This document shows positions 63,751 through 64,000 of a stretch of DNA of 64,000 nucleotides, in pieces (the first letter of the stretch is position 1; each line of letters opens with the position of its first letter). The translations under genes were made by a program, and so were the position numbers. The stretch covers positions 131,486 through 195,485 of the IMG/VR virus record IMGVR_UViG_3300030332_001481; one strand, given 5' to 3'. The stretch is from a virus (taxonomy: Duplodnaviria > Heunggongvirae > Uroviricota > Caudoviricetes). The notes beneath the pieces are model-generated. The model was given only the letters and a program-made list of their open reading frames with translations. It was not told the DNA's origin and did not search any database.

Positions 63751-64000
63751 TCACATGTCGGGGCGGTCGCCGCGGTTGTAGACGTCGACCGTGTAGAAGC
63801 CCTCCTCGTCGATCCAGACCGACACCGGTCCGGGGCCCAGCGTGGTGCACGTGTTCGTCTCGCGGATCTTCGTGAGAACCGACTCGACGTTCAGGTGCTC
63901 GGCCATGTCGTCACCCATGCCGAAGATGTCCATCGCGATGTCTCGCCAGGTCTCGTCGTCGAGGGCTCGCAGCGCTCCGAGCACGCTGTACGGCTCGTCG
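63751..64000 (-). CDS. acidic hypothetical protein, 5'-truncated by window edge
   Basis: frame open to position 64000. Confidence 0.65.
   Translation of the reverse strand, partial: DEPYSVLGALRALDDETWRDIAMDIFGMGDDMAEHLNVESVLTKIRETNTCTTLGPGPVSVWIDEEGFYTVDVYNRGDRPDM

Overview
This 64 kb window comes from a large tailed-phage genome. It is a densely packed accessory, early-type region of about 140 mostly small + strand ORFs, switching to the - strand after about 62.1 kb. It reads in genetic code 11 with Shine-Dalgarno starts, and I found no capsid, terminase or polymerase genes. Recognisable products are rIIA/rIIB, ArdA, a MazG-like NTP pyrophosphohydrolase, an M23 peptidase, SprT-like and other zincins, a cupin, a GNAT, a SAM methyltransferase, a cyclic-phosphate-processing receiver domain, RHH/wHTH regulators, tRNA-Arg(UCU) and a tRNA with CAU anticodon. 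A DAG-rich lipoprotein and one small conserved-looking protein hint at a Myxococcota-type host (inference). The main unexplained structure is regulatory. (1) An 18-bp asymmetric motif CCAACCCTGGCCATACTA occurs 18 times, always on +; 14 copies match the 17-mer core exactly. It sits at cassette boundaries and is usually followed about 6 nt later by a G.U-containing stem-loop and an AACCAC(C)-rich leader, so it is most likely a phage promoter. (2) A structured ncRNA of about 175 nt at 13340-13515 has its own sigma70-type promoter. Its three hairpin loops are complementary to the SD and AACCACC leader sequences of these phage genes, with up to 12-nt perfect matches ending on the A of AUG. It is a candidate multi-target antisense RNA controlling translation of the whole cassette regulon. 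Smaller hairpin RNAs with similar anti-leader loops also occur. All functional assignments are by-eye motif recognition; no database searches were run. Start sites were refined by eye from SD position and stop/start overlaps.
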